Assembly (NCBI GenBank): GCA_963820525.1
Contig: CAWGAA010000001.1
Coordinates: forward strand, 1,344,001-1,408,000
Length of the DNA: 64,000 bases
Reading direction: 5' to 3'
Origin: an uncultured Spirochaetota bacterium
GTDB lineage: Bacteria > Spirochaetota > Spirochaetia > SZUA-6 > Fen-1364
Shown: piece by piece, positions 31,232 through 41,240 of the stretch
Position numbering within the stretch: the first letter of the stretch is position 1
Layout of the letters: every line of letters starts with the position of its first letter
Program-made: the position numbers and the translations under genes
Notes under the pieces: model-generated
What the model was told of the DNA's origin: nothing
Databases searched by the model: none
Seen by the model: the letters and a program-made list of their open reading frames with translations, nothing else

Positions 31232-34200
31232 TCACCGGTTTCCACTATTGCCCGGAAGGGCATTCAGCTCTTCAATCGTGATCTGGCTTATCCCCAGCCT
31301 GTAGTAGTTCACACCGTTGTTGGAGAACACATTGCCAAGAAGCGTGTACACCCCGGCGCCATCTTCCTTGACCCCATACTCTACGTTGTTCGCAAATGCA
31401 GCACTGGCTAGCTTCAGCGTGCCCCCCAAAAGATGGATGCCGATCAGATCGTCACTCAACACAGTCTGACTCAGGTTCACAGTTCCCGTCGGAAGAAGGA
31501 CTAGCCCCCGTTCCGCTCGGTCAACTTCCAATCCGCTTCCACCGGCAAGACCGGCCACTGTAATCCCGCGCCACAGTAGGGTGCTGTCCGGAGCATTAAA
31601 GATCGAGCGCACGCCGGAGTTCGCCACCTTAAGCGAGCCGCCGGAATCCACAAGAATGCCTCCCTCCATGATTCCATCTTCTCCGAAGGGAGCCAGCACC
31701 GTTCCGTCGACGGAGTCCAACGTCAACTCAAGACCGAAGGGTATCTCGACTATTCCCGTCAGAGTCACAGCACCTGTCCAATACTCATTCGTGAAAAGCT
31801 TCCCCGCTGTCGTGTTGTGTACCTCTACGGGTATGCTTTCCACCCTGGTCTTGCCCCATGCGTCCGTCACCGTTAGCATAAGCGTGTAGCTGGTTACCTG
31901 ATTCCTGCCATTCTGGAAGTACGCAGACAGTGTCCCTCCGGCCGGCCATACCGTGATAGATTTCGTTTCAGTCTGTTGGCCCGAGAAACCAACGGGAGTG
32001 CCGCCGCCCAGATTCCAGGAATAGCTCAGCGGGTAGTCCCGGCTGTCGTCGGTCACCAAAACAAGCTGTTCAAGAGTGAGCACCGCACCCGGGGTTGTTG
32101 TGACCGTAGTTCCCCCGCTACTGAGATAGACCGCAGGCGCAATATTGAATCGAAGCGAATCGACAACGGTCGTTTGATTGCCGTAGAGATCTGTTCCTGT
32201 CACGCTCAGTGCTGCCGTTCCAGTTTCGGAAACCGTCACAATAGCGTGGGACTTGATGCCGACATCCTGACTCGCCTGAGGTTTGCCGTCTATTGTTGCC
32301 GGCGGAGGGCTTTGAAGAACGCCATTCACGGAGAGGGCGAAAGTCGTACCTTCCTTCCCCGAGGTGAGGGTTACCGTCTCCGCTGGTTCATTGCTAACCT
32401 TATTCCCGCTTGAATCCCTGGCGGCAAACACGGTGTTTGAGTAAACAAACCCGATCGCCGGCGGCGTCCAATTCACATCGACCGCCGTGCTCGCAACCGC
32501 CGGACCCCAGTCCTCCGTGCCGTTCTGGATCCGAATGAATGCATAGTAGCTCTTCTGCTCGGTTGCGCCCGTAATGCCTATTCCCGATGCATTCCAACTA
32601 AAAGCGGGCTGATTGTCGGCGATGCTGACGGTGGAGGCGCCGTTCCAATCCACTGAAGCTGGATTCGAGGAAAGTACAGTCTGGTATACGAGGATCCCGC
32701 TCTGATTGTCCTGGCCCGTCAGGGTCCAACCGTCGATCGTTCCCGTATTGCCGGATGCGTTGCTGTGGGCGCCGCCTCTCGAAATCGTGATGCCTGTAGC
32801 CGGAGTCTCGTCAACAAGAATTGTCTCGCTGGGCGTCGTGACGCTCCAGACTCCCGTTCTGCTCTGCGCCTTGATATCCAGGCACAGTGTCTGTCCGTCT
32901 ATCGGAATCTTGTTCGCCTCCGAGATCAGCGCCGTGTATGGATCTTTCCATGAACGTATTGCCAAGCCGCTGTAGTCCGCGGTCCAGTCCTGAAGAATCT
33001 GCCCGGTTTGCGCGTCTTTCAACCGCCACTGAACCTGCTGAATCCCGCCGGACGCTATGCTGTAGCGAACCGACTCGACATTGAAATGGTTGCTGAAATA
33101 CCTGCTATAATCGAATGCGGCTAAAATCGGCACGGCAGTAGAGATTGTCAGAGATGCCGTTTTCGAGCCGCCCATTCCTAAGAAAGTGACGGGCGTCACC
33201 GTCACCTGGAACACGTCTCCTTCGTGGTAGCCCAACTCCTTCCAACTTCCGCTCCATAGTTTCTGGGTAAGCGTAATTGTCTCACCATCCCCGATACGCA
33301 GTTGGTAGCCCTGAATAAAGTCCGAATCATGATCCACTTGCCAGCTGAAGCTCACCGAGTTTTCAGTGAGGTTCCCCTGCAAGGCGGTTATCGTCGGGAA
33401 ATCTCCTTCAACCTTGAAGGCTGCGCTGTATGCCACGCTCTGATTGTCTGCATTGTCGATTGCGTGGCCTTTGATCATCCAAATCGAGCCCGCCTGTGCC
33501 GTCTCCGTGCCTGATCCCAGCTTGAGAGGATCGGAATAAAGCAGGGCGCCATTCGTCAGCCCAGAGCTTCCAACCGAATCCCCACGCGCAATAAATCCTG
33601 TACCGGGATTCCACGTTCCAACCTGCACCTCGAAGCTCTTCAACCCGCTTTCAAAGTCACCGCTGTTGAATTGCGCAAGCACAGAGGGTGGAACCCCTAA
33701 TGTGGAAAGTTGGACGTGGCCTTCGATTGGCGCCTTCCCGCTTGCCCCCTGGGAAACTGCTACAATCGTATTCACCCATGGAGCTTTGCTGTCCAGCATG
33801 ACTCCACTGCTATAGCCTACACTTTCAAGCCCAACCCCGTTCACCGTCTTGACCGCGAAGAACAGCACCGTCCCGTCAGAATAGGCCCCCGCAGAGGTCC
33901 CATACTTCGACAGTGAGAAGTCCAGATTGCTCACCGAGGTCTGGCCGATCACCTTCGTCCAGGCGTTTTCGGCAAGCTCACCGGCATTCGTGTAGGCTTT
34001 CCAGTAATACTCCACGGTCCCGCTTTCAGGATCCGGCGGGGTGAAAGTCCAATTAAAGCTCAGCTTCTGGTATCGAATGCCCAGAGGATCTCCGGCGACA
34101 CCGCTTGGCTTGTAGCGAACCGCATCTGCCATCGGGATTACTAACGGAGTCGGGGGAGCTGTGCCGTCCACAATCATGATCCCGCTTTCCTGCGTGGTGG

Positions 34201-37200
34201 TAAGCCCCGCACCATCCTCAACGGAGACTTCAACCACAATCCGATCTCCGGTGCCGACGCCCTCGGTGCCGCTCAAATCAACATCCAGGCGTTGTCCGTT
34301 TGTTTGCACGGAGGCAAAGTTCTCCTGCCTTACAAGCATCCATGACCAGCTCCCGTCCGATTGCAGGGCCGAACGCTTGACAAGGACTGATCCCCCCGTT
34401 GTTCCGGATTGAGGATCTTCTCCTGCAAACGATAGCCACACGTCGTTGGGCGCAACGAAGCTTGGAACCGAAAAAAGTGTCACAACCGGAGGCGTCGTGT
34501 CGACAACACTCCCCGTGCTTGTAACATCGGCCAGTATGCTTCCGTCTGCATCGAACGCCTTCACCTCAATCGCAACAACATCACCGTCGCTCAGATGCAC
34601 TCCCGTCGACTGTGCTGCAAAATCCAAATCAAGCGTTGCCGAGGTCGACTTTTGTACTTCACTCCAATCCCGAAGAACAACGCCGTCTCCCAGCCGAATC
34701 CACCGGTGTTCATAGCCGTCGGGACTGCCCCCCGCATAGTCCCACCGCGCGGCAATAGTCCCCTTTCCGGCATTGAAGTGTTGGTCGTTCACGAACAGCC
34801 CGATCCCGGCTATCGACACCATGATCGGCGATGCGCTTACCGTGATGCCCGAACCACTTGTTGCTAAAAATACGATGCTGAAAGTTCCCGCTGTGGGGAT
34901 GACGATCTCACTGCCCGGCCTATAGTCCTGGCTGACTACCGCCCCTGTTCCGCCGACATTCTGATATGACCACGTCCATTCCACAGGACCATAGGGATCC
35001 GTTGCTTGGGTATACGGCTGAATGCCTTGCCCCACGATGAAGCCTGTTACGCCTCCTACTATTGAGGCTGTAACGTCTTGAGGGCCTACCCCATCCTTGG
35101 TAAATACGGGGCTTGAAAGTACCGTACCTACAACCTCGTTAGCGTTTCTCACCTGAAGCTGGACACGGTAGGATTGCCCGTCCTCACTTATGCGGTTTCG
35201 CACAGCTTCGAATGACGTCCCCCAGCTGCTCCACTCATCCGCGTTCTCCGGGAGACTTCCGTCTTGATTGACAAGCTGTATGTTCCACCTGGCCCCTTGA
35301 ACCAGGTTGGTGCTATTGGCATCCGCTAAAGCATAGCTTGCCGCAAGATCCGATGCCTGTTTCACCCAATAGCGTCCGGTACAGCTTCTCATTCCGCCAA
35401 CCGACAGACTAACAACCGGTCCTGCCGCCTTATATGCTACGCCCCAAGTGCCGCCGCCTGCCGCCGGCCATTCCGAAGTATTACCGGCTTTGTCAATCAA
35501 CCTTATCTGGAGTTTTCGAACACCGTCTTGGGCGCCGCTCATGCTTAGCGTGTATGTGTCTATATCCGTATGAAAGACATCGAAAATCGCTCCGGGAACC
35601 GGAGCTACAGCGGCCGGCGTCCATTCACCAGCCGCCCCCTGACCGTCTACCCATCGGTAGGATGCTCCGGCAAGCCCGACACCACCGATCTCGTTCACCT
35701 CGATACTTGCCGTCACACTGCCGTCAGGACCGGCATACGTATTGCCCTCGGTGTCCGTCTCCGTCGTGGTGAAATGGAACGAATTGGCTACAAGAGCTGG
35801 GGCCGTCGTGTCAAATACCTTTATGCACGCGGGAAGGATTGCCTGGTTTCCGGCATTGTCCCATGCTTTCAGTTGGATGGAGTATTGCCCGTCCGTAACG
35901 GAGAGAAGCAGATCGAACTTCCCCGCCGAATCGCAAGTTACAGTTTGCTCACCGTGGATCTGTGCATTTCCGATCTTTTCCCACGTGATTTGCACATTCT
36001 TTTGCCCGCTCCCTCCAGCCTCTGTGACGGTCCCGGAGACCGTCTTTGAGTTCGTGGCGGCTATCGGGCTCGCCATCATCCCGGAAAGGGTGATCTGCGG
36101 CGCCTCCACATCCCAACTGATGTTTCCCTTTGACAGCTGAGCTGAAGTGTTGGGTATGGTCGGGTTGGCAAAAGTTGTCGGCTTTATTCCAATCCATTCG
36201 TCAATCGTCAAACGAATCTTCTTTGACTGGAGCGCCCCTTTGAGTTCACTCAAAGAGCTGCTCTCAGGATCCATCTTGCAGAGCTTCCACAGACTGTAGT
36301 CATACGTGGGGGGTATTCCCCCGCTTGACGCTATCAATTGCTTCTCATACGACGACGAGGTGTCGAATCCTCCGTGTCCGTCATCGATTCCCAGCTCGAA
36401 TTGATAGCTTATGTTGTTGCCGTCCGCAGTGCTCAGAGGGAAGCCGGTTGTGTCAAAGCTCCCACTCGCCGCCACCCATGATATCTCAAACGTCGGCTGC
36501 GCTAAGGTGGAGTAGGGCACTGTGTATGAGGGGGCGATTACTCCTTCAATTTTGATTTGTTGTGTGAAATCGGAAGCAACGGCCCCCGTTTCAGAGCTGA
36601 TATCCACAAAGGGCTTATAATAGACGGTTGCTCCCGCTTTCAGGCTGTCGGAAGCAGGCAGCGTGATCCCTGCGGAACCCTGCGCCTCCGAGGTTGTGTT
36701 TGTAATACAGCTGCTGTCAGTGCCGATTCCCCACTCTAGCCCTCGGGTGCCGTTTCCTATGGAAAGGTTTTGCCAGAGAACCCCACTGAGAGCACCGCTG
36801 GACGAATTCTGCCGTTGAGGAGGCTGGAAGGGCCCCGAGCCCCATTGAGGCTTGAAGATCCGTATCGTCTTCGAGACTGAAGGATTTCCCGTCTCGTTTT
36901 TCACCTGGACGGTCAAAAGACGGCTCTTCTCCGCGCCCCAAATGAAAGTGTAATTGTTCCCTTGATCAAGCTCTGTTGAAGGATGTGAAGTATTCGAGGG
37001 ATCCGATATCTCGATGTGGTAATTCGTGAGGTTCGGCAATAGCGCGGGAGCCAACGCTGAGTCCGTATATCCAATGGTCAAGGTGTCGCCGGCGAGAACG
37101 GAAGTCACCTTGTCGGCCGGCAAAGTCCAAGGCTCGTTTTCGGTATGGCTCCAAGCATTAGAATCTCCGTACTTTCGCCCAAACATAGAAAGATTGACAG

Positions 37201-39214
37201 GTGCAGGCTTGCTCCGATGAATGGAGAAGCTGATGGCGCCTGTACTATAAAGGCCTGAGGCGTCATACAGTTTGTAGCTGAGCGTACAGGGTCCGTCAGG
37301 CAGAAAAGCACATCCGTCAGCTATGGGAACACCATTTGGAGTGAAAGGAATCTCAGCGGTGTACTTCCCGCTGCTATCGGCCGTGAATGTGTAGTTCTTT
37401 GTGCTATTGAAAAATTCGGTTCCGCTGCACTTAAGAGAGGTAACGTCTACGCTTTGTGGAGGGGCATAGCAGGAGGAGCTCCCCGTTTTTGAATATGTAT
37501 TATCGGTGTTCTTGCTGAAAGAGAATGTCAAGCTGTCCGCATTGATCGGAATTAAGGCATAGAGAATCTTTTCTGCATTGTCGCTGGATTTGTCATAATA
37601 CTTGGCATTTGAACCACCGAGCGAAATAGCTGTCGTGTTGTAGATGATTGTGCAGGACAAGGGCGGCGTGGTGTTGCCTGCGTTATCAGTGGCGCTAAAT
37701 GTATAGTCGTGAACCCCAACCAAGGGTAGAAAGTTGCTGAGGGACATGGCCGAGTTTACCCCGGGTTGTCCACTAATTGTGTATGTAAACGTTGATACGC
37801 CACTTGTAGTATCTGCTTTCGAAATGCTTACTTGTTGGCTAACATAGTGCGTCTCGCCAGACTGCCAGTTTCCCCCAAGATTAATGGTAGGCGTAACTCG
37901 GTCAATTTTTATATATCTTGTATCAGTTATTGTGCCAACGGCATCCGTCGTTTTTAATTTAACTCTATTATCACCTTCTGACAGATGCGTATCAAGGGGC
38001 AATAAAGGATGGGCTGTATTCCCAATACCAAGTGAAATCCAGTCGCCGGGTGTCGGAGGTTCTTTTAATGTATAAAAAACCTCCAGAGGAACGCTCAAAG
38101 CATCAGCTGCAGTAACGTATATGTGTTGATTCGCTTCGAACCAGGCAATGTTGTACCAGTCAGATTTTGTATCACTTATCATAGGATCGTCAGCAAGAAT
38201 GGTCTGGTGAATCGTACGAGTAGCGGCCGAATTACCAGCATTATCTTTAACATCGAATGTGCATTGGAATTCACCTGTGGCTGTAAGAGGAAGCGTTTTT
38301 GTTTCCAGCCCTACTGCACTGCTATTCCCATTCACATTACAGGTAAATGTGCTGGTTTTTATCCCGCTTCCACCAGATTCGTCAACAGCGGTTACTGTGA
38401 TAGTGCGCGAACGCGCGGCAGGAAATCTTCCATCGGCGCCAAGAGTATACGAAGGATCTGATATAATTTTGAATGTGGGAAGGGTCTTATCAATGTGGGT
38501 AATAGAGCATTCAAGTGGAGTACCTATATTTCCCACATTATCAACGGCTCTGAATGATACATTGCAGTTTGCGTCAACTGTGCAGCTTGCACCATCTGAC
38601 CAATCAGAATCGCCTTCTTTCTTATATTGATACTTTGCAACGCCCGATCCATCACCATCATCACCTCCTGATGCGGTTAATGTAACTGAATCATTTGTCC
38701 AATCTGTCGAAAGCAATGTTTTGGTCGGATCTGATGCTGGGGATAGTGTAATATGAGGTTCTGAAGGTCCATCTGTATCTCCATAGAAAGCTAAATTAGC
38801 CCCTCCATAAGTGTAATACTCCCATCCTCCTGATTGGCCTCCGTTAAAGAATTGCTTTCCGCAAACGGTAATGCTTACATAATGGGCCCCTGCCCCATTT
38901 ATTGTAAACTGCACTGGAAAACCAGACCCAGAAAGGTCTCTGACTAAAGATCCATCTACTATTATAGGCCCATAAATTGAAAATTGATTCGCAAAAGCTT
39001 GATTTGAAATTGAAACTGAGAGAGTCAATCCAAGTGAACTCCCTTGATAGTAGTAAGTTGAGCCAATTTGTGTAACTGCAATATTTGTAACTAAGCGTAT
39101 ATGAGCTACTCCCCAGTAATAGGAGGTGAATGGACTATCATAGCTCCACACACTGTCCGCAAAGCTGGGAGCGCAAATTAAAACACAACAGATAGCTATC
39201 AATATTCTTTTCAT
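31232..39214 (-). CDS. Giant (~2660 aa) secreted Ig-like/FN3-repeat protein with C-terminal beta-helix-like domain
   Basis: Signal peptide MKRILIAICCVLICAPSFA; many D..GN...D.T.P Ig-like repeats; C-terminal WRGITV...IGIHL...NNVEYGV; the stop overlaps the RHS start (GTGA). Confidence 0.85.
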   Translation of the reverse strand: MKRILIAICCVLICAPSFADSVWSYDSPFTSYYWGVAHIRLVTNIAVTQIGSTYYYQGSSLGLTLSVSISNQAFANQFSIYGPIIVDGSLVRDLSGSGFPVQFTINGAGAHYVSITVCGKQFFNGGQSGGWEYYTYGGANLAFYGDTDGPSEPHITLSPASDPTKTLLSTDWTNDSVTLTASGGDDGDGSGVAKYQYKKEGDSDWSDGASCTVDANCNVSFRAVDNVGNIGTPLECSITHIDKTLPTFKIISDPSYTLGADGRFPAARSRTITVTAVDESGGSGIKTSTFTCNVNGNSSAVGLETKTLPLTATGEFQCTFDVKDNAGNSAATRTIHQTILADDPMISDTKSDWYNIAWFEANQHIYVTAADALSVPLEVFYTLKEPPTPGDWISLGIGNTAHPLLPLDTHLSEGDNRVKLKTTDAVGTITDTRYIKIDRVTPTINLGGNWQSGETHYVSQQVSISKADTTSGVSTFTYTISGQPGVNSAMSLSNFLPLVGVHDYTFSATDNAGNTTPPLSCTIIYNTTAISLGGSNAKYYDKSSDNAEKILYALIPINADSLTFSFSKNTDNTYSKTGSSSCYAPPQSVDVTSLKCSGTEFFNSTKNYTFTADSSGKYTAEIPFTPNGVPIADGCAFLPDGPCTLSYKLYDASGLYSTGAISFSIHRSKPAPVNLSMFGRKYGDSNAWSHTENEPWTLPADKVTSVLAGDTLTIGYTDSALAPALLPNLTNYHIEISDPSNTSHPSTELDQGNNYTFIWGAEKSRLLTVQVKNETGNPSVSKTIRIFKPQWGSGPFQPPQRQNSSSGALSGVLWQNLSIGNGTRGLEWGIGTDSSCITNTTSEAQGSAGITLPASDSLKAGATVYYKPFVDISSETGAVASDFTQQIKIEGVIAPSYTVPYSTLAQPTFEISWVAASGSFDTTGFPLSTADGNNISYQFELGIDDGHGGFDTSSSYEKQLIASSGGIPPTYDYSLWKLCKMDPESSSLSELKGALQSKKIRLTIDEWIGIKPTTFANPTIPNTSAQLSKGNISWDVEAPQITLSGMMASPIAATNSKTVSGTVTEAGGSGQKNVQITWEKIGNAQIHGEQTVTCDSAGKFDLLLSVTDGQYSIQLKAWDNAGNQAILPACIKVFDTTAPALVANSFHFTTTETDTEGNTYAGPDGSVTASIEVNEIGGVGLAGASYRWVDGQGAAGEWTPAAVAPVPGAIFDVFHTDIDTYTLSMSGAQDGVRKLQIRLIDKAGNTSEWPAAGGGTWGVAYKAAGPVVSLSVGGMRSCTGRYWVKQASDLAASYALADANSTNLVQGARWNIQLVNQDGSLPENADEWSSWGTSFEAVRNRISEDGQSYRVQLQVRNANEVVGTVLSSPVFTKDGVGPQDVTASIVGGVTGFIVGQGIQPYTQATDPYGPVEWTWSYQNVGGTGAVVSQDYRPGSEIVIPTAGTFSIVFLATSGSGITVSASPIMVSIAGIGLFVNDQHFNAGKGTIAARWDYAGGSPDGYEHRWIRLGDGVVLRDWSEVQKSTSATLDLDFAAQSTGVHLSDGDVVAIEVKAFDADGSILADVTSTGSVVDTTPPVVTLFSVPSFVAPNDVWLSFAGEDPQSGTTGGSVLVKRSALQSDGSWSWMLVRQENFASVQTNGQRLDVDLSGTEGVGTGDRIVVEVSVEDGAGLTTTQESGIMIVDGTAPPTPLVIPMADAVRYKPSGVAGDPLGIRYQKLSFNWTFTPPDPESGTVEYYWKAYTNAGELAENAWTKVIGQTSVSNLDFSLSKYGTSAGAYSDGTVLFFAVKTVNGVGLESVGYSSGVMLDSKAPWVNTIVAVSQGASGKAPIEGHVQLSTLGVPPSVLAQFNSGDFESGLKSFEVQVGTWNPGTGFIARGDSVGSSGLTNGALLYSDPLKLGSGTETAQAGSIWMIKGHAIDNADNQSVAYSAAFKVEGDFPTITALQGNLTENSVSFSWQVDHDSDFIQGYQLRIGDGETITLTQKLWSGSWKELGYHEGDVFQVTVTPVTFLGMGGSKTASLTISTAVPILAAFDYSRYFSNHFNVESVRYSIASGGIQQVQWRLKDAQTGQILQDWTADYSGLAIRSWKDPYTALISEANKIPIDGQTLCLDIKAQSRTGVWSVTTPSETILVDETPATGITISRGGAHSNASGNTGTIDGWTLTGQDNQSGILVYQTVLSSNPASVDWNGASTVSIADNQPAFSWNASGIGITGATEQKSYYAFIRIQNGTEDWGPAVASTAVDVNWTPPAIGFVYSNTVFAARDSSGNKVSNEPAETVTLTSGKEGTTFALSVNGVLQSPPPATIDGKPQASQDVGIKSHAIVTVSETGTAALSVTGTDLYGNQTTVVDSLRFNIAPAVYLSSGGTTVTTTPGAVLTLEQLVLVTDDSRDYPLSYSWNLGGGTPVGFSGQQTETKSITVWPAGGTLSAYFQNGRNQVTSYTLMLTVTDAWGKTRVESIPVEVHNTTAGKLFTNEYWTGAVTLTGIVEIPFGLELTLDSVDGTVLAPFGEDGIMEGGILVDSGGSLKVANSGVRSIFNAPDSTLLWRGITVAGLAGGSGLEVDRAERGLVLLPTGTVNLSQTVLSDDLIGIHLLGGTLKLASAAFANNVEYGVKEDGAGVYTLLGNVFSNNGVNYYRLGISQITIEELNALPGNSGNR

Positions 39215-39563
39215 ATTCCACTCATCCTGCGGCTTCGCCAAGAGTAATAGTCAATCGCTCAATATTTCTACAGAGTTGAGATTCTCAGCGTCTTCATCGG
39301 AAGAATGAACATCGGTTTTGCGCCGAACATGGCCTTGACCCCCTTTTAAATGCCGGATTGCTCCGGGGACTTTTAAAGCTCAGAGATGTTCTTGATAATA
39401 GTTATGCGTTTATAGCATAGAGTGCTTGTGGATGCAACAGAAATCTTCTGTCAGTATCATTATGATACTATCATACCATCTGCGGCGGCCGGAACTAGGC
39501 GGATGTTCCCTGCTCTCGCCAAACGCCGCCCGCTTTCGGACCGCATCCGTGACGCGCTCGACA

Positions 39564-40628
39564 CTATCTCTTGCCCTCACCCCTCATCACGTTTATCGCC
39601 GGGGGGAGCATTTTCATCACTAGGGGAAAATCCTTCTCCTGAAGCCAGGTGAGCTCGCCGTCGAGCTGCATCGGCATCTTCGCATGATAGTTTATCTCGA
39701 CATGGTCAGCGGAGTAGAACCTCACTTGGGGAAGAATGCCGTGCCTGCCCTCGTAGAAAAGCTTCTTGTTCTTGATCTTTGCAAAAAGGCTGAGGTGGTC
39801 CACAACGCATACGTTTTCCTGTCCTGGAAGAACATGCATATGACCGCCATAGGTCCTGTCTCCGCTTATGCCCACGACAACCATCGAAGGGACGATCCCG
39901 TCAATCGATATCTCGCCGCCTTTGGAGAATATCCGCACGTCCATAGGCAGGGGCTTGATGGCTTGCTCGTAGAAGAGGCTTCCCACGTCAACGAGTGCCT
40001 TGTAGGCGTGGCCGGGAATAGCGCGTTTGAAGCGGTTAGTGAGGTCTGCGATGAATGCATCAAGGCCGACGCTCGCGATATTGAAGGAGAAGCCCACCTG
40101 CTTCCCCGCCGCGGTCACCACCAGGGCTCCCGTCTTTAGGCTGTGCGGCGCTCCAAGGATGAGATCGTACGCCTCGCTGAACGTGTTGGTGTCCGCCATG
40201 TCGTTCCCCGAGCCCAGAGGAAGGCGGAGGAGCTTCAGGCGGCCCAGAAGGTCTCCATCGGCCTGGATAAGGGCGGTGCAGATCTCGTTGCTGGTGCCGT
40301 CGCCGCCGCAGCCTATGAGGAGGTGCTCAAGGCCGGAGCGCGCCTTCTCCTCCCGGGTGAGGATATCTTCCGTGATCTTTCGAGCGTGGCCCGCGTACTC
40401 CGTGAAGTGTACGAGGTTGATCTCGATCTTTCGCCGGGGATAGCGGCTTCGAAGCTCTTCCAGCCGCACCTCGAGCTCCATGATCATCTTCTCGAGAGTG
40501 GATTTTCGTTTGAAAAACCCGGCGTGGGGGTTTACGATGACATCGACAATCAGAGGCGCCGTATCTGCTTGGCGGGAAAACTCAGTCAACTTGGAGACGC
40601 CGTTCGCGTAGGTCGATATTAAGTCCAT
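39564..40628 (-). CDS. Diacylglycerol/lipid kinase family protein
   Basis: IVNPHAG, GGDGT, LPLGSGND, G.DA, QLDGE. Confidence 0.9.
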   Translation of the reverse strand: MDLISTYANGVSKLTEFSRQADTAPLIVDVIVNPHAGFFKRKSTLEKMIMELEVRLEELRSRYPRRKIEINLVHFTEYAGHARKITEDILTREEKARSGLEHLLIGCGGDGTSNEICTALIQADGDLLGRLKLLRLPLGSGNDMADTNTFSEAYDLILGAPHSLKTGALVVTAAGKQVGFSFNIASVGLDAFIADLTNRFKRAIPGHAYKALVDVGSLFYEQAIKPLPMDVRIFSKGGEISIDGIVPSMVVVGISGDRTYGGHMHVLPGQENVCVVDHLSLFAKIKNKKLFYEGRHGILPQVRFYSADHVEINYHAKMPMQLDGELTWLQEKDFPLVMKMLPPAINVMRGEGKR

Positions 40629-40652
40629 GGTTCACCTCCACGATGCAACGTT

Positions 40653-41240
40653 TCAGCCACTCTTTTCCAGCATCGACAGTATTCGCTGCGCTGCCCTGCC
40701 GCGGTGGGAGAGGCGATCTTTTTCCTCGTCGGGAAGCTCCGCGATGGTCTTCCCGGTATGCGGGACCAGGAACAAGGGGTCGTAGCCGAAGCCATGAACC
40801 CCACGAGGCGCGTGAGTGATCTGGCCGTTCACGGTTTCCTGGGCGATGAAGAATCTGCTTTCCTCGAGGACAAGAACGAGACAGCATACGAAGTATGCTC
40901 GCCTGTCCTCGATGCCCTCCATTTTAGATAGAAGATATGCATTTCGCGCGGGGGCCTCCAGAACGGGCCCGCCGTCCGAGCCATAGCGTGAAGAATAGAT
41001 CCCTGGCTTGCCGCCCAAAGCTGGCACACACAACCCTGAGTCGTCAGAGATTACCGGCCGCCTGGCAATCGAAAAAAGTGCCATCGCTTTTCCGAATGCG
41101 TTCTCCAGAAAGCTCTTCCCGTTCTCCTCGAAATCGAACTCGATGCCCGCCTCATGAGGCAGAAGGATTATGTGACCCGGAAAGAGGCGGGCAAACTCGT
41201 CGTGCTTGTGCCTGTTGTTCGAAGCGAGAATTATTTCCAT
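40653..41240 (-). CDS. rdgB: Non-canonical purine NTP pyrophosphatase (HAM1)
   Basis: MEIILASNNRHK, ENAFGKA, DDSGL, PGIYSSRY, GFGYDPLF, SHRGRA; start overlaps the upstream stop (TGATG). Confidence 0.93.
   Translation of the reverse strand: MEIILASNNRHKHDEFARLFPGHIILLPHEAGIEFDFEENGKSFLENAFGKAMALFSIARRPVISDDSGLCVPALGGKPGIYSSRYGSDGGPVLEAPARNAYLLSKMEGIEDRRAYFVCCLVLVLEESRFFIAQETVNGQITHAPRGVHGFGYDPLFLVPHTGKTIAELPDEEKDRLSHRGRAAQRILSMLEKSG

Larger units (their letters stand above)
19441..31235 (-). pseudogene. Giant signal-peptide RHS/YD-repeat toxin (3388 aa reconstructed), interrupted by an IS256-family element
   Basis: Removing the IS and one target copy fuses ...YDAKGRPASIS|YPDGAG... in frame (6316+3851 = 10167 bp). 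Contains YD repeats, the RHS core YTGKELDPDTGLYYSNARWYDPQLGRF and NPLAFVDPTGL. Confidence 0.92.
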
